Positions 23,757 to 34,325 of a stretch of 64,000 nucleotides of DNA are shown here, one piece after another. This DNA is from an uncultured bacterium. Its GTDB lineage: Bacteria; Omnitrophota; Omnitrophia; Omnitrophales; Aquincolibacteriaceae. The notes beneath the pieces were generated by a model, which made no database searches, was not told the origin of the DNA, and worked only from the letters and a program-made list of their open reading frames with translations. Each line of letters starts with the position of its first letter. Within the stretch, counting starts at the first letter, position 1. The DNA is taken from the NCBI GenBank assembly GCA_964482725.1, contig CAYZYT010000004.1, positions 104,063 to 168,062 of the forward strand, read 5' to 3'. Made by a program: the position numbers and the translations under genes.

Positions 23757-26700
23757 ATGAATCTTCAAAAGATCTCAAAAGCGATCATCGCGATCAGCCT
23801 CGGGGTGTTTCTCGTTTCTCCTCAGGCTTTTTCCGAAACCTCTTCCGGCGCCTCTAAACGGTTTGTTTTATCTGCACAAGAAATGAAACTCGGGGCGACC
23901 CCCCAGCTTCTCCGAGTGGAAAACAAAAGCCCGGAAAAAACAGCCTACTCGGTCAAAGCTACGGTCCCCTGGATCACAGTCATGCCTCAGTCGGGCCAGA
24001 TCGATCCCGGATCCTTGGCTGTGATCACCGTCCAGAGGGATCCCTCTGCGAAACCGGCGAGTTCTACGCAAGCGGATATCGCGGTGGTGGTTACAGACAC
24101 GCAAAGCGGCGATGAATATAAAGCGGCGATTGTTTACGAAAGCAAGGAGGCCAAAGCGGAGCTTCGGGTTTCTCAAGGAAGTCTCGAATTTTCCGGAGTC
24201 CAAGGAAAAGCAATCGCTCCACAGAGTTTTGATATTCAAAACACCGGCAATGCGCCGCTGAATTTCAAGATTCAGTCTGGTGCGGCATGGCTCATCGTTC
24301 AGCCCGATGCCGGGACTTTGGACGCGGGGAAAGCAGCAAGGATTTCCGTAAACAGTAATCCGGAAAATATGCAGCCTGGGAAAAAAGAAGCTGTTCTGAA
24401 GATCACCAGTGACGGCGCGGCCAACAGCCCTCAGCAGGTCAAGGTGGTTGCGGCGGTGAATAAAAAACCCTCGGGAAAAAAAACAAAAGCTCCTCTCTCG
24501 GATCCCAAAACCGGAATGGTGGAACTTGCCGGAGGATTGTGGGAGAAGCGCGAAGAGGGTACGGATAAGTCGCAATACGCCCGCGGCGTTGTTCCCGGAG
24601 CGCTGAAAGGATTGGTGCTTCCGATCGGAGATGCGGACAAGGAATACTGGACTGAAACGCGGATGGGAAGCTCTGGGCATTATGACGAAGTGGAACTTAT
24701 GTATTCCCGGGAGCTTCATCTGATGGAACGGACGCCCAGAAAAGGGTATACGCCCTCTAAAATAATAGTTTGGCAGATGCATGTGGCCATGAATCTTTTC
24801 AGTCCCCGGGCCCAGTGGGGAGGGGAACCGGAACAAGAGTATATTTCCACCGCAGGCAGCTGGAGAAGTCAAGAACAGCATGGAGCTGTGCCTCAGCGGG
24901 GAGTTTCGGGGGCGGATAAAAGCTATGTCACCCAGCGCATCAACAAACAGTACGGAGCCGAAAAAACAGGGGAAAGCTGGCACTTCATTGTTTTGAAGGA
25001 CGGGGTCAGTTTCACACTAGAAGCGTCCACTTACAACGATACAGTCCAACGCTTTGGGATCGAACCCAATTTCTATCCCTGGGTCGAACAGCTCGTAAAA
25101 GAGATCTCCGCCAAGAAATGGCTTTCGATCTTCAGGCAGGGTAATTCCAAGTATGAAAAATTGCCGGATTTCATGAAACCTTTTGTCATCAATAAAGGGC
25201 TTTTGAACGCGGACGGTATCCTTTTGAGACAAGTGGGAACATCCGACTGGACCTCGCTCAGTCTCCACTATTGGACCAATGACTACAACCGTGATACCGG
25301 AGTTTATGGGCTAACGGCAAATGTGACGGTTACTTTTTATGTCCCTCGCGACAAAGGCGAGGAAATGGCGGTCCGCTTTTCGATGTTACCCGCTCAAGAC
25401 GAGTATAACGACTACTCAAAAGTTTCCTTCGGGGATGGCGGGTATAAAACCGTTAGCAAGAAATATCCGACGGACGTGAATTATTTGGTTCGCGTCGGAG
25501 CCGGTACCGTGAATGTAGGTTTGACTTCAGGGCGGACGATTTTAAATCCACCCGCGGATATTCTGGAAGAGCTCGTTGCAAAGATGCGGACGGTGGATTA
25601 TGCCGCGATCGAAGCTTATACCGGGAGTCCCGAGAGCGAGGAGGAATATGTTGAAGAAGTTTTGGATGAGGAGGCGTTTGAAGACGCGCCGCCTGCGGAC
25701 CTTGATCCAAGCTTCTGGGACCCGGGATATGACCCCGCGGTGGGCGGAGTACGCGTGGCACTGCCGGAAACACCCGGCCAACCCGCGGTTGATCCTACCA
25801 CGTATCAGCCTCAGCCCGGGGACAAGAGTACGAATGGGCTTGTTTGGTCCGGAGTTTACGGAGACTGGGTGCGGGGCGAGGTGTTTGACAACGAACAGCA
25901 GCAAAAAAAGCTCGGCCGCGTGTGGCAGGGGGATCAACGAGGCTGGGAAACTCCGTCAGAAACCAAAGAACGGGATGAGAATCTGCAGAAGTTTGAAAAA
26001 GGTAATGAGGTGGCGGATGCCGAGGAGCGTGAAAAATTAAAAAAGATCACGGATGCGATCCAGGAAGCTCGTGACAACCTTAAAAATCTCAAGGAAAAAG
26101 CCGCGAAGCGTGAAGAGCTCATGGCGAAACTGGATCAACTTGAAAAAGAACGGGAACAAGCTGAGAAAGACGCCAAGTGGAATTCCAGCGCGGTGATAAA
26201 CGCGACGGCGGAGCGGATCGCGCGGGAAGTCGCGACAGGCCAGACGGCGGAAGGGGCGACATCCTTCAAGGCGATGGGTCTGCGGATGCTCGCGGGTGTG
26301 GTGAGCGGAGGATCCTCGGAAATTGTTTACGCCTCCGCGGACGGGTGCTACCGGGTTTATGACAATCTTCTGAAAGGTGATTCCATGATGGCGGCGGTCG
26401 GCAAGACCGTGGCCACGATGGCGGCGGAAGAGGCATTTGGGCGCGCAGTGAGCGGGCTTGCGGCTTATGCCGGCAAAAAAGGATCCGAGGTTGGCCGAAA
26501 ATTGATCGGAGAAGCGGCCGAGACCGGAACGGCGAACCTGCCGAAAGGACTCGCCAAGACAAAAAATGCGGTTGAAAAAGCCCTGAAAGAAACCCCGGCC
26601 ATGAAAGAGACGGCGGCGCTCAGGAAAAAATACAGCATCAGTGCCAAGGAGGATGTGGATCTGCTCATTCAGCAGGGACGCATCAAGCCCAAGGAAGCGA

Positions 26701-27758
26701 TCAAGTTGAAACAGGCCCTCGGAGATGAAGCCGCAAAGACCCGGGAAATTCTGGCTCTTTATAAACAGGACGGCATGAAGAAACTGAGCGAGCTTGAGCG
26801 TAAAGGACATCTCGGGACGAATGAGGCCAAAAAGATCAACGATGTCGTGAGTCGCGAGGTCAACGATTCGATCGACAAAGGCGTCAAGAAAACGATGGGC
26901 GAATTTGAGGAGAAAACGGGCGTTAAAATAAAAGAGGTGATGGTGGGTGACAGCGGGTCCAGCGCGGGACGCAAAGCCCGTTCCATCAAGACGGACGCCG
27001 ACAGAACCGTGGTGGTCGATTTCGATGAAGCTTCTCTTAAAGCCTATGCGGATAAGAACTGCAAAGGCAACGTGCAGGAGGCTTACGACAAACTATCCAA
27101 GAAGTTCGCCGCGAAGCAGGACAGTTTGGTGGCAAAAGAACTCGAGAAAAAGGGTGTTAGCGCGAAGGCTGTGGACTATAAAACTTATGACCGGTTCGGG
27201 AAGCCGGGTCTCGATGACTCCTATCCTGGGACTTTCGTGAAGACCGTTCAGGCGACGAAAGGAAAGACGACGGTTTATAAAACGGGCAAGGTACAGGACG
27301 ACGGCAAATTTTCCAAGTTTGCCGATGGGCAGGTAAAAACGGTTAAAACAAGCGGACAAACGATCGTGGATCAGGAGGCTCTTATCAATCAAAAGATCAG
27401 CGGGACAGCTGTCGTCGAAGGCCCGAAGATCGATACGGGTGAGAGCGGGGCTTTGATGGCTCAGCAGAAACAGGCCCTCGCGAAGTCCGGCGTGACGGCG
27501 GAAAAGGCGGCGAAGGCGCTTGAACGAGCCGACAAGGCCCTCGCGCTTGATGGGGCGGCGAAGAATCTGGAAATCCTGAAAGCGGGTGGCAAGGTGTCCG
27601 ATCTAATCACGACACCCCGGATCGATCCGGACCTTTTGGCGAAGGCGAAAGCCATCCGTGACAATCCGCAGCAGGTCAAACAGATCCTCGGGAATCAAAG
27701 CGAAGAGGCTTTCGTCAAGGAATTGGAAGATGCGGTGGATGGAGCTGCATCTAAATAG
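23757..27758 (+). CDS. Secreted protein: two BACON-like Ig domains, coiled coil and possible nucleotidyltransferase-like C-terminus
   Basis: Signal peptide; VPWITVMPQSG and AAWLIVQPDAG BACON-type motifs; GDSGS-x11-DAD near the C-terminus. Confidence 0.8.
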   Translation: MNLQKISKAIIAISLGVFLVSPQAFSETSSGASKRFVLSAQEMKLGATPQLLRVENKSPEKTAYSVKATVPWITVMPQSGQIDPGSLAVITVQRDPSAKPASSTQADIAVVVTDTQSGDEYKAAIVYESKEAKAELRVSQGSLEFSGVQGKAIAPQSFDIQNTGNAPLNFKIQSGAAWLIVQPDAGTLDAGKAARISVNSNPENMQPGKKEAVLKITSDGAANSPQQVKVVAAVNKKPSGKKTKAPLSDPKTGMVELAGGLWEKREEGTDKSQYARGVVPGALKGLVLPIGDADKEYWTETRMGSSGHYDEVELMYSRELHLMERTPRKGYTPSKIIVWQMHVAMNLFSPRAQWGGEPEQEYISTAGSWRSQEQHGAVPQRGVSGADKSYVTQRINKQYGAEKTGESWHFIVLKDGVSFTLEASTYNDTVQRFGIEPNFYPWVEQLVKEISAKKWLSIFRQGNSKYEKLPDFMKPFVINKGLLNADGILLRQVGTSDWTSLSLHYWTNDYNRDTGVYGLTANVTVTFYVPRDKGEEMAVRFSMLPAQDEYNDYSKVSFGDGGYKTVSKKYPTDVNYLVRVGAGTVNVGLTSGRTILNPPADILEELVAKMRTVDYAAIEAYTGSPESEEEYVEEVLDEEAFEDAPPADLDPSFWDPGYDPAVGGVRVALPETPGQPAVDPTTYQPQPGDKSTNGLVWSGVYGDWVRGEVFDNEQQQKKLGRVWQGDQRGWETPSETKERDENLQKFEKGNEVADAEEREKLKKITDAIQEARDNLKNLKEKAAKREELMAKLDQLEKEREQAEKDAKWNSSAVINATAERIAREVATGQTAEGATSFKAMGLRMLAGVVSGGSSEIVYASADGCYRVYDNLLKGDSMMAAVGKTVATMAAEEAFGRAVSGLAAYAGKKGSEVGRKLIGEAAETGTANLPKGLAKTKNAVEKALKETPAMKETAALRKKYSISAKEDVDLLIQQGRIKPKEAIKLKQALGDEAAKTREILALYKQDGMKKLSELERKGHLGTNEAKKINDVVSREVNDSIDKGVKKTMGEFEEKTGVKIKEVMVGDSGSSAGRKARSIKTDADRTVVVDFDEASLKAYADKNCKGNVQEAYDKLSKKFAAKQDSLVAKELEKKGVSAKAVDYKTYDRFGKPGLDDSYPGTFVKTVQATKGKTTVYKTGKVQDDGKFSKFADGQVKTVKTSGQTIVDQEALINQKISGTAVVEGPKIDTGESGALMAQQKQALAKSGVTAEKAAKALERADKALALDGAAKNLEILKAGGKVSDLITTPRIDPDLLAKAKAIRDNPQQVKQILGNQSEEAFVKELEDAVDGAASK

Positions 27759-27911
27759 GATTTTTCGATTTTTAGCGTCTAAATCGGAAAAGCGTGGCTA
27801 CAAAGCCAAACGGCACATGACACACGAAAGGCCTTTTGTCTTGGGACTTTGTCACTTTCCGCCATATCGTCATTTGACCTCCCCCCCGTTATCTGAAATA
27901 ATACCCGCCAT

Positions 27912-28598
27912 ATGAAACACAATCCTTTCTACTCTATCTATCGCGACTTTAAGGCCTGCTTCGAGCGTGATCCGGCTGCCCGGACGCCATTTGGTGCGCT
28001 CGAGGTCATTTTTCTCTATGCCGGTCTTCATGCCGTTCTTTTCTACCGATTCGCGCATGTCCTCTATAGAGTAGGGATTCCTTTCATCCCCAGGCTCATT
28101 TCCCAGATCGCCCGGTTTCTGACCGGGGTGGAGATCCATCCGGGAGCTAAGATCGCTCCTGGATTTTTTATTGATCACGGGATGGGCGTGGTGATCGGTG
28201 AGACGACAGAGATCGGCGAGAATGTGACGATCTATCAGGGCGTAACGCTCGGGGGGACGGGGAAAGAGCGCGGCAAACGCCATCCCACACTTGGTCATAA
28301 CGTGGTGGTGGGCGTGGGTGCCAAGGTCCTCGGAAATATCAAGATCGGGGACCATGTGAAGATCGGAGGAGGATCGGTCGTGATCCACTCAGTGCCGGAT
28401 CATTGCACTGTGGTCGGCGTTCCGGCCGAGATCGTTCGCATTGACGGTCAAAAAGTTGAAGAGGTCGATCTTGAGCACGGCGATCTGCCGGACCCTGTAA
28501 GAGAGCTCAAGAATCGCGTTCGTGAACTTCAAAAAGAAGTCGAATCCCTTGAAGCGCATCATAAAGGGCAAAATCTTAAAAAGCCGGGAAACGGATAA
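27912..28598 (+). CDS. cysE: Serine O-acetyltransferase
   Basis: RDPAA, EIHPGA, FIDHGMG, TLGGTG, KRHPT hexapeptide repeats. Confidence 0.95.
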   Translation: MKHNPFYSIYRDFKACFERDPAARTPFGALEVIFLYAGLHAVLFYRFAHVLYRVGIPFIPRLISQIARFLTGVEIHPGAKIAPGFFIDHGMGVVIGETTEIGENVTIYQGVTLGGTGKERGKRHPTLGHNVVVGVGAKVLGNIKIGDHVKIGGGSVVIHSVPDHCTVVGVPAEIVRIDGQKVEEVDLEHGDLPDPVRELKNRVRELQKEVESLEAHHKGQNLKKPGNG

Positions 28599-28667
28599 CG
28601 GATGGCGGATGGCGAAAAGCAAAAAACAAAAGGTTTGACGCCATCCTCCATCCGCCATCCTCCATCC
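28586..28667. repeat. GGATGG(C/A)/CCATCC heptamer hairpin element
   Basis: GGATAAC-GGATGGC-GGATGGC, A-rich loop, GCCATCC-TCCATCC-GCCATCC-TCCATCC. Confidence 0.85.
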
Positions 28668-29075
28668 GGAAGGAAAGGCAAGATCTACTCCGACGGGGGG
28701 GCGCGCGGAAATCCGGGGCCCGCGGCGATCGGCGTGCTAGTTTGTGATGAGAAGGACCACCGGCTGAGCGATCATGGCGAAACGATTGGGGATGCGACCA
28801 ACAATGTTGCGGAATACACGGCGGTGGTCCGGGGCTTGACCCTGGCGGCGGAATTGGGTATCTCCGAAGCGGATTATTTCTTGGATAGCGAACTTGTCGC
28901 GCGCCAACTTTCCGGAATTTATAGGCTCAAGGCCGAGCATCTCAAGCCTTTCTTCAATCAGGTCAAAGAACTTGAAAAGAAGTTCAAACGCATCACCTAT
29001 TTTCATGTTCCGCGCGAGCATCCGAAGATCAAGTATGTTGATCGGCTCGTGAATCTCGCGCTTGACCGGGAGTAA
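28602..29075 (+). CDS. rnhA: Ribonuclease HI family protein
   Basis: YSDGGARGNPG, TNNVAEY, DSELV, HVPRE. Confidence 0.88.
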   Translation: MADGEKQKTKGLTPSSIRHPPSGRKGKIYSDGGARGNPGPAAIGVLVCDEKDHRLSDHGETIGDATNNVAEYTAVVRGLTLAAELGISEADYFLDSELVARQLSGIYRLKAEHLKPFFNQVKELEKKFKRITYFHVPREHPKIKYVDRLVNLALDRE

Positions 29076-29078
29076 TAC

Positions 29079-29426
29079 GTGGCCACGGCGCTCATCGGGA
29101 TCCTCGGCGGCTTTCTCAGCGGGCTTTTCGGGGTCGGCGGCGGGGTTATCTTTGTGCCGCTTCTGATGCTTCTTAAAGGATTCGATATTCATCGTGCGGT
29201 TGGGACATCGCTTCTGATCATTATTTTTACGGCGCTTTCGGGAGCATTCTTTCACGGGAAAGCGGGGATGGTGGATTGGAAAGCCGCAGTGATCCTGGGG
29301 ATTTTCAGCGTGCTCGGCGTTTGGCTCGGAACCAAGCTTTCACTCAAGCTTGATGCCGTCATGCTCCAGCGTTTTTTCGCGATATTTTTAGTGGCCGTTG
29401 CGATCAAGATTTTTTTCTTTAAGTGA
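29079..29426 (+). CDS. Half-size TauE/SafE (TSUP) family membrane protein
   Basis: SGLFGVGGGVIFVP, AVGTSL. Confidence 0.85.
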   Translation: MATALIGILGGFLSGLFGVGGGVIFVPLLMLLKGFDIHRAVGTSLLIIIFTALSGAFFHGKAGMVDWKAAVILGIFSVLGVWLGTKLSLKLDAVMLQRFFAIFLVAVAIKIFFFK

Positions 29427-29435
29427 CGCCAAGGG

Positions 29436-29503
29436 CGTCATCCCCGAATGGTGGAGTCGGGGATTCACGTTCTGGATTCCCGCCCGAGGCATGCGGGAAT
29501 GAT
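29436..29503. repeat. CGTC-type REP-like palindrome
   Basis: CGTCATCCCCGA...TCGGGGAT...GATTCCCGC...GCGGGAATGA. Confidence 0.7.
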
Positions 29504-29541
29504 AAAAAGGGGAATTATTTCAACCTAAGGGAGATGAATAC

Positions 29542-31065
29542 ATGAAAGTTTCATTAACGAGTTTGACGCGCTCTGCCGCCAAGGCGGATCTTTTTGTGGC
29601 GGGTTATTTTAAAGGTGAGAAGGATCTGAAGGCGCTTAAAAAGATCGATGCTGTATTCGCAAGAGCGGCGGCAGGGGCCATTTCTAAAAAGCGCTTTGAA
29701 GGAAAAACGGGCGAAGTTTTCAGCTCGTATCAGACCGGATATCGCCAGGCTCCTGAAATGTTGCTGCTGGGCCTGGGTGAGAAAAAAGAGCTTAAGGCCG
29801 CCTCTTTAAGGAAAACCGTTGGAACGCTGATCGGACTCGCCGGCGGACGGAAGGCCATGAAAGTCCGGGTGCTTCTGGATTCCTTTCTGACGGAGGCGGT
29901 CCCCGCGGAAGAGGCAGCGAAGATCCTGACGGAGATCGCCCTTTTGGCGTCGTACCGTTTTACGGAGTACAAATCAAAGAAGAAAGACGATCCGCCGAAA
30001 GCGCCGGAATCTCTGGAACTTGTTACTGAAAAAAAGGAGCTTCTTTCCTCGCTTCGTCCTGCCATGGTGCGTGCCGAGAAGATTGCTAAGGCCGTTCTTT
30101 TTGCCCGGGATCTTAATAATGAACCGGGGAATGTGATGAACCCCCCGCGACTTGCCAGTGAGGCCAAGAAACTCGCGGCTGAGAAAAAAATAGAGTGCCG
30201 GGTTTTGGGACTGGCGGAGCTGAAGAAAATGGGCATGAACGGGATCCTGTCCGTGAATCAAGGGAGCGTGACGCCGCCCGCCCTGATCATCATGGAATAC
30301 GGGAAAGAGCACAAAGACCAAGGAACGGTCTGTCTCGTCGGGAAAGGCGTGACTTTTGATACGGGCGGCATTTCCATCAAGCCTTCAAAAGGCATGGAAG
30401 AAATGAAATACGACAAGTCCGGCGCGATCGCCGTGATCGCCACCATGGGGCTTGTGTCCGACCTCAAGCTGCCGCTTCACATCGTTGCTCTCGCGCCTTC
30501 CGTAGAAAACAATGTCGCGGCGGATCCTCAGCGTCCCGGGGATATCATCCGGATGTACAACGGGAAGACGGTGGAAGTGATGAACACGGATGCCGAAGGT
30601 CGGCTTATTCTCGCGGATGCCCTGTCGTATTGTGCTGAGTTCAAGCCGATGGCGATCATCGATGCGGCCACGCTGACGGGGATGTGCCACCACACGTTTG
30701 GGGACAAGACCTGCGGGATCCTCGGAACGGACCAGAAATTGATCGACGCCATACAAAAAGCCGGCGAAAAGGTTGGAGAGCGGTGCTGGCAACTTCCGCT
30801 TTGGGAAGAGTATGGGGAGTGCATCAAATCGCATCACTCGGACCTTAAAAACACCGGCGACGGCTATGCCGGGACGATCACGGCGACAATGTTCCTCAAG
30901 GAATTTGTGCCGGAGAAAACGCCATGGGTACATCTCGACATCGCGGGAACAGCTTGTTGTACTTCTAACCAGTTCGATTGCCCGAAGGGTGCGAATGGTT
31001 TTGGCGTGAGGCTTTTTGCCGAAGTCCTTTCGAACTGGAGTTCCGAGAATATATCCAAAAAATAA
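29542..31065 (+). CDS. pepA: Leucyl aminopeptidase (M17)
   Basis: GKGVTFDTGG, MKYDKSG, NTDAEGRL. Confidence 0.96.
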   Translation: MKVSLTSLTRSAAKADLFVAGYFKGEKDLKALKKIDAVFARAAAGAISKKRFEGKTGEVFSSYQTGYRQAPEMLLLGLGEKKELKAASLRKTVGTLIGLAGGRKAMKVRVLLDSFLTEAVPAEEAAKILTEIALLASYRFTEYKSKKKDDPPKAPESLELVTEKKELLSSLRPAMVRAEKIAKAVLFARDLNNEPGNVMNPPRLASEAKKLAAEKKIECRVLGLAELKKMGMNGILSVNQGSVTPPALIIMEYGKEHKDQGTVCLVGKGVTFDTGGISIKPSKGMEEMKYDKSGAIAVIATMGLVSDLKLPLHIVALAPSVENNVAADPQRPGDIIRMYNGKTVEVMNTDAEGRLILADALSYCAEFKPMAIIDAATLTGMCHHTFGDKTCGILGTDQKLIDAIQKAGEKVGERCWQLPLWEEYGECIKSHHSDLKNTGDGYAGTITATMFLKEFVPEKTPWVHLDIAGTACCTSNQFDCPKGANGFGVRLFAEVLSNWSSENISKK

Positions 31066-31248
31066 GGCGTGGGTTCCTCTTGTTAGAGGTTTAACCTAAC
31101 AACGGCTCGTTGCTTTTGTGTACGGACGGCTCAGGGGAAATCGAATGTCTCTTACGCCATTTGAGCCTCTCGCGGAGTAAAGATTTCTTCGGGAAAGTCG
31201 TTAGATTAACAGCAAGGAAATAGCAGGTTTTTAAGGAGGAGAGCATCC

Positions 31249-31689
31249 ATGAAAAAACACTTTGCTTGTCTCATTGTCTTTTTGATGATCTTTGCGTCCT
31301 TGTCGCCGGCGGCTTTTGCGGTGGGAGGCAAAGAATTCGGAGCTTCTTTGCTTTTGCCGACTACCGGTCAGGCGCTGAATGGTGAGATCGGAGCTACCAA
31401 AACGAAGATCATGGCCGGCATTGAAGTGGCCGCCGTGACGACGACGATCCTTCTTGCCACGCTGACCACCGGAGGTCTTTTTTGGGTCGGTCTCGGGCCT
31501 CTTATTGCCAACCATGCGTGGAGTGCCGCGGATGCTTTCAAAACCGCGCGCAACGGAAACAACAACGATCCGTATATCCAACAACAGCTTTCTTCGGCCC
31601 AGCGAACCCTGGACGTGTCCCGGCAGAACCGTTTTGACCGGGAATCCGATATTCGCCAGAGGATCCTGAAGGCCGGTGAGCAGTCCTAG
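31249..31689 (+). CDS. Hypothetical exported/membrane protein
   Basis: Strong RBS, signal peptide, hydrophobic segments, followed by a terminator. Confidence 0.8.
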   Translation: MKKHFACLIVFLMIFASLSPAAFAVGGKEFGASLLLPTTGQALNGEIGATKTKIMAGIEVAAVTTTILLATLTTGGLFWVGLGPLIANHAWSAADAFKTARNGNNNDPYIQQQLSSAQRTLDVSRQNRFDRESDIRQRILKAGEQS

Positions 31690-31720
31690 AAGATTCGCTC
31701 TTTGATTTTTTGATATTGCG

Positions 31721-31754
31721 AAAGGCCTGGTCCGTGCGATCAGGCCTTTTTTTT
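31721..31754 (+). terminator. Rho-independent terminator
   Basis: AAAGGCCTG...CAGGCC followed by a T run. Confidence 0.8.
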
Positions 31755-31848
31755 CCAACCCAGACTGGTTCAAGTTTAATTTTTAGGGGTCAACGCTACA
31801 GCGCTGCGAATCCCTAGAACCCATTGGAGCGCAGCGCTAGAGGAATTC

Positions 31849-33180
31849 ATGAAAGACAGTCAAAGGCGGCTTGTTTTTTCCCAGCTCCGTATGGCGACCG
31901 AAGTCTGGCAAGGGGTCGTGAAGGATCCCATGCCGTCCGATCGGTGGCTTGCGCGCTATTTTTATCAGAACCGGAAAAAAGTTGGTTCTCGCGACCGCAA
32001 GTTTCTTTCCGAAACAATCTACGCGATCTTTCGCCATAAAAGTTTTCTGGAGGCCTGGGTCGAGAAGGCCAAGCCGCGGCCGATCATGAGCGATCTCGAA
32101 CGGGCCGAAAGCCTTTGCCTTTATGCCGCGGCGAAGGAAGGGCTTATCACGAGAGATGATTTTCGCGAGTTCTTCAAACAAGGCGAAAAGGTCTATGCGG
32201 CCCTGCAGGAGCATCTTCTTCCCGAAGGTGAAGGGCCGAAGTCTAAGGAAGAAATGATGGCGCTTCTTTATTCTTTCCCCCTGTGGCTGGTCCATCACTG
32301 GGTCGAGGTGTTCGGCGTGGTTGAGACCGAACGTTTGGTGGCGTTCTTCCAGCAGAGACCGCTTCTTGTGCTTCGTGCCAACACGCTTAAGATCAGCCGT
32401 AAAAAACTTGTCGATATGTTCCGCCGTCTTGGCGTTGAGGCCAACCAGACGACGCGGTCTTATTTCGGGCTTATGCTGCAGGAGCGACGTAATGTGTTCG
32501 ATACTCCGGCTTTTCGCGACGGATGGTTCGAGGTCCAGGATGAAGGCAGTCAAATGGTCTGTCAAATCATGGATCCTCAACCTGGAGAGAGCATTTGGGA
32601 CGTTTGCGCGGGCGGTGGCGGGAAGAGCTTGCTTTTGGCGGCGATGATGGAGAATAAAGGGCGTATCGTGGCGACGGATCTGCGCTCTTATAAGTTGGAA
32701 GAGCTTAAAAAGAGAGCTAAGCGGGCCGGGGTTTTTAATATTTTCCCCGCGGAATTGGACCGCATGGCGGACCTCAAGCTGGCGCAAAGAGGGTTCGAGA
32801 GGATCCTGGTGGACGCGCCGTGTTCCGGAACCGGGACCCTGGGGCGGAATCCTGACGCAAAATGGAAACTCGCCCCCGCGTGGTTTGAAGCGCTTCCGAA
32901 AGAACAACTCGCGATCCTTGAAAAAGCATTGCCCTATCTTGCCGAAAACGGCAAACTGTATTACGCCACTTGTTCGGTGGAGGCTGCGGAGAATGAATCC
33001 GTCGCCCAGGCGTTCCTGGCGGCACATCCCGAGCTTGAGATCGTTCCTTGCGGGGAAGCGGGGGAAACATTCTTTAAATTATGGCCGCCGGAGAGCGGGA
33101 CAGATGGTTTCTTTCTTGCGGTTTTTAAAAAAATCAATGAAGGCCCAAAGGTGGAGAATAAGACATGGAAAAAAAGATAA
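31849..33180 (+). CDS. RsmB/NOP family RNA m5C methyltransferase
   Basis: QDEGSQ, DVCAGGGGK, DAPCSGTG, YATCS. Confidence 0.93.
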   Translation: MKDSQRRLVFSQLRMATEVWQGVVKDPMPSDRWLARYFYQNRKKVGSRDRKFLSETIYAIFRHKSFLEAWVEKAKPRPIMSDLERAESLCLYAAAKEGLITRDDFREFFKQGEKVYAALQEHLLPEGEGPKSKEEMMALLYSFPLWLVHHWVEVFGVVETERLVAFFQQRPLLVLRANTLKISRKKLVDMFRRLGVEANQTTRSYFGLMLQERRNVFDTPAFRDGWFEVQDEGSQMVCQIMDPQPGESIWDVCAGGGGKSLLLAAMMENKGRIVATDLRSYKLEELKKRAKRAGVFNIFPAELDRMADLKLAQRGFERILVDAPCSGTGTLGRNPDAKWKLAPAWFEALPKEQLAILEKALPYLAENGKLYYATCSVEAAENESVAQAFLAAHPELEIVPCGEAGETFFKLWPPESGTDGFFLAVFKKINEGPKVENKTWKKR

Positions 33181-33527
33181 TGTGGGTTCTTGTCGGACTT
33201 TTATTGTTGGGGGCGGACTCCCTTTTTGCGGCAGAAACCGTGAAAAAAGAAAACGCTTTTAAACAGATCGCTTCGATCGAAAAGCGAGGCTTGGTGAATC
33301 TTCTTACTTCGCCCGGGGAGTTGGTGTATACATTCAAGGAGGAAAAGAAATCTCATCCCAAGGCGTGGCCTGTCACCTATGTTCCGCGTCTCTTCACGAA
33401 CACGGCGATACGATGGGGATCGAGCGTGAATGATTTTATCGTACTTCCCTGGTATGCGGCGGCAAGTGATGACACGCCTCTGACGCGGCATTTCGAGCTG
33501 CCGGATTATGTTTGGGAGAAGGAATAA
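33165..33527 (+). CDS. Small exported protein, TIGR04073-like
   Basis: Signal peptide then KRGLVNLLTSPGEL. Confidence 0.6.
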   Translation: MEKKIMWVLVGLLLLGADSLFAAETVKKENAFKQIASIEKRGLVNLLTSPGELVYTFKEEKKSHPKAWPVTYVPRLFTNTAIRWGSSVNDFIVLPWYAAASDDTPLTRHFELPDYVWEKE

Positions 33528-33562
33528 AAAAGCACGCGTTTTCCATATCCCGGGGTCTTACG

Positions 33563-34321
33563 ATGAAGAAAGAAAAAATTGCGATCATTCTTGTTTCTCC
33601 CGAGAACCCGGACAATATTGGGGCAGTGGCCCGGGCTGTCAAGAACATGGGGTTTGTGGATTTGCGTCTTGTAGCGCCCCCGAGGGCGTGGAGGTCCAAG
33701 GCCAAAAAGATGGCCGTGTCTGCAGAGGATGTCCTGAAGACAGGGGAAGAATACGTCGCGCTTCAGGATGCGATCCAGGACTTAGGGCTTGTGATAGGGA
33801 CAACGCGGCGCCTAGGCGGGCATCGCGGGACTTTCCTTTCATTCGACAGGGCGATCGCGAAGATTCGCGGGGGCTCACACCGCCAGAAAATAGGCATCGT
33901 TTTTGGGCGAGAATCCAAGGGTCTTGCCAACGAGGACAGCGCTTTATGCGACCATTTGGTGACGATCCCCACGGGACTTGCCTATCCGTCGCTTAATCTC
34001 GCGCAGGCTGTGATGGTGGTTCTTTTTGCTCTTTCCTGGGGACGGGCTGCAAAAAAAGAAGCGCCCCCTGAGAGAGCGTTGAATAAAAAAGAGATCGAGG
34101 TGACGGTCGCGCACTTTGAAGAAGCCCTTAAAGTGCTGGGATATAAAAAAGGTGGGGCGGATCTTCTGCCAAGGATCCTTCGGACTTTGCGGGGGCTCAT
34201 CAAACGAGGTGGGCTTTTAGAGCCTGAAGCGCAAATGATCAAAGGTCTTTCGAGGAAGATCCGAGAGAAAATTTCAAATGGCTCTCTGCGCGCAGAGAGA
34301 ACAACTCAAAAGGAGTCCTAA
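33563..34321 (+). CDS. trmJ: TrmJ/TrmH family SPOUT tRNA methyltransferase
   Basis: NIGAVARA, FGRESKGL, SLNLAQAV; start reassigned to ATG 33563. Confidence 0.85.
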   Translation: MKKEKIAIILVSPENPDNIGAVARAVKNMGFVDLRLVAPPRAWRSKAKKMAVSAEDVLKTGEEYVALQDAIQDLGLVIGTTRRLGGHRGTFLSFDRAIAKIRGGSHRQKIGIVFGRESKGLANEDSALCDHLVTIPTGLAYPSLNLAQAVMVVLFALSWGRAAKKEAPPERALNKKEIEVTVAHFEEALKVLGYKKGGADLLPRILRTLRGLIKRGGLLEPEAQMIKGLSRKIREKISNGSLRAERTTQKES

Positions 34322-34325
34322 GACC

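Noticed and set aside
24150-24170. KAELR in the BACON protein
   Set aside because: A single imperfect hit, compatible with chance.
29542-31065. PepA as the protease processing the giant protein
   Set aside because: M17 enzymes are exopeptidases, and this gene sits in an ordinary housekeeping run.
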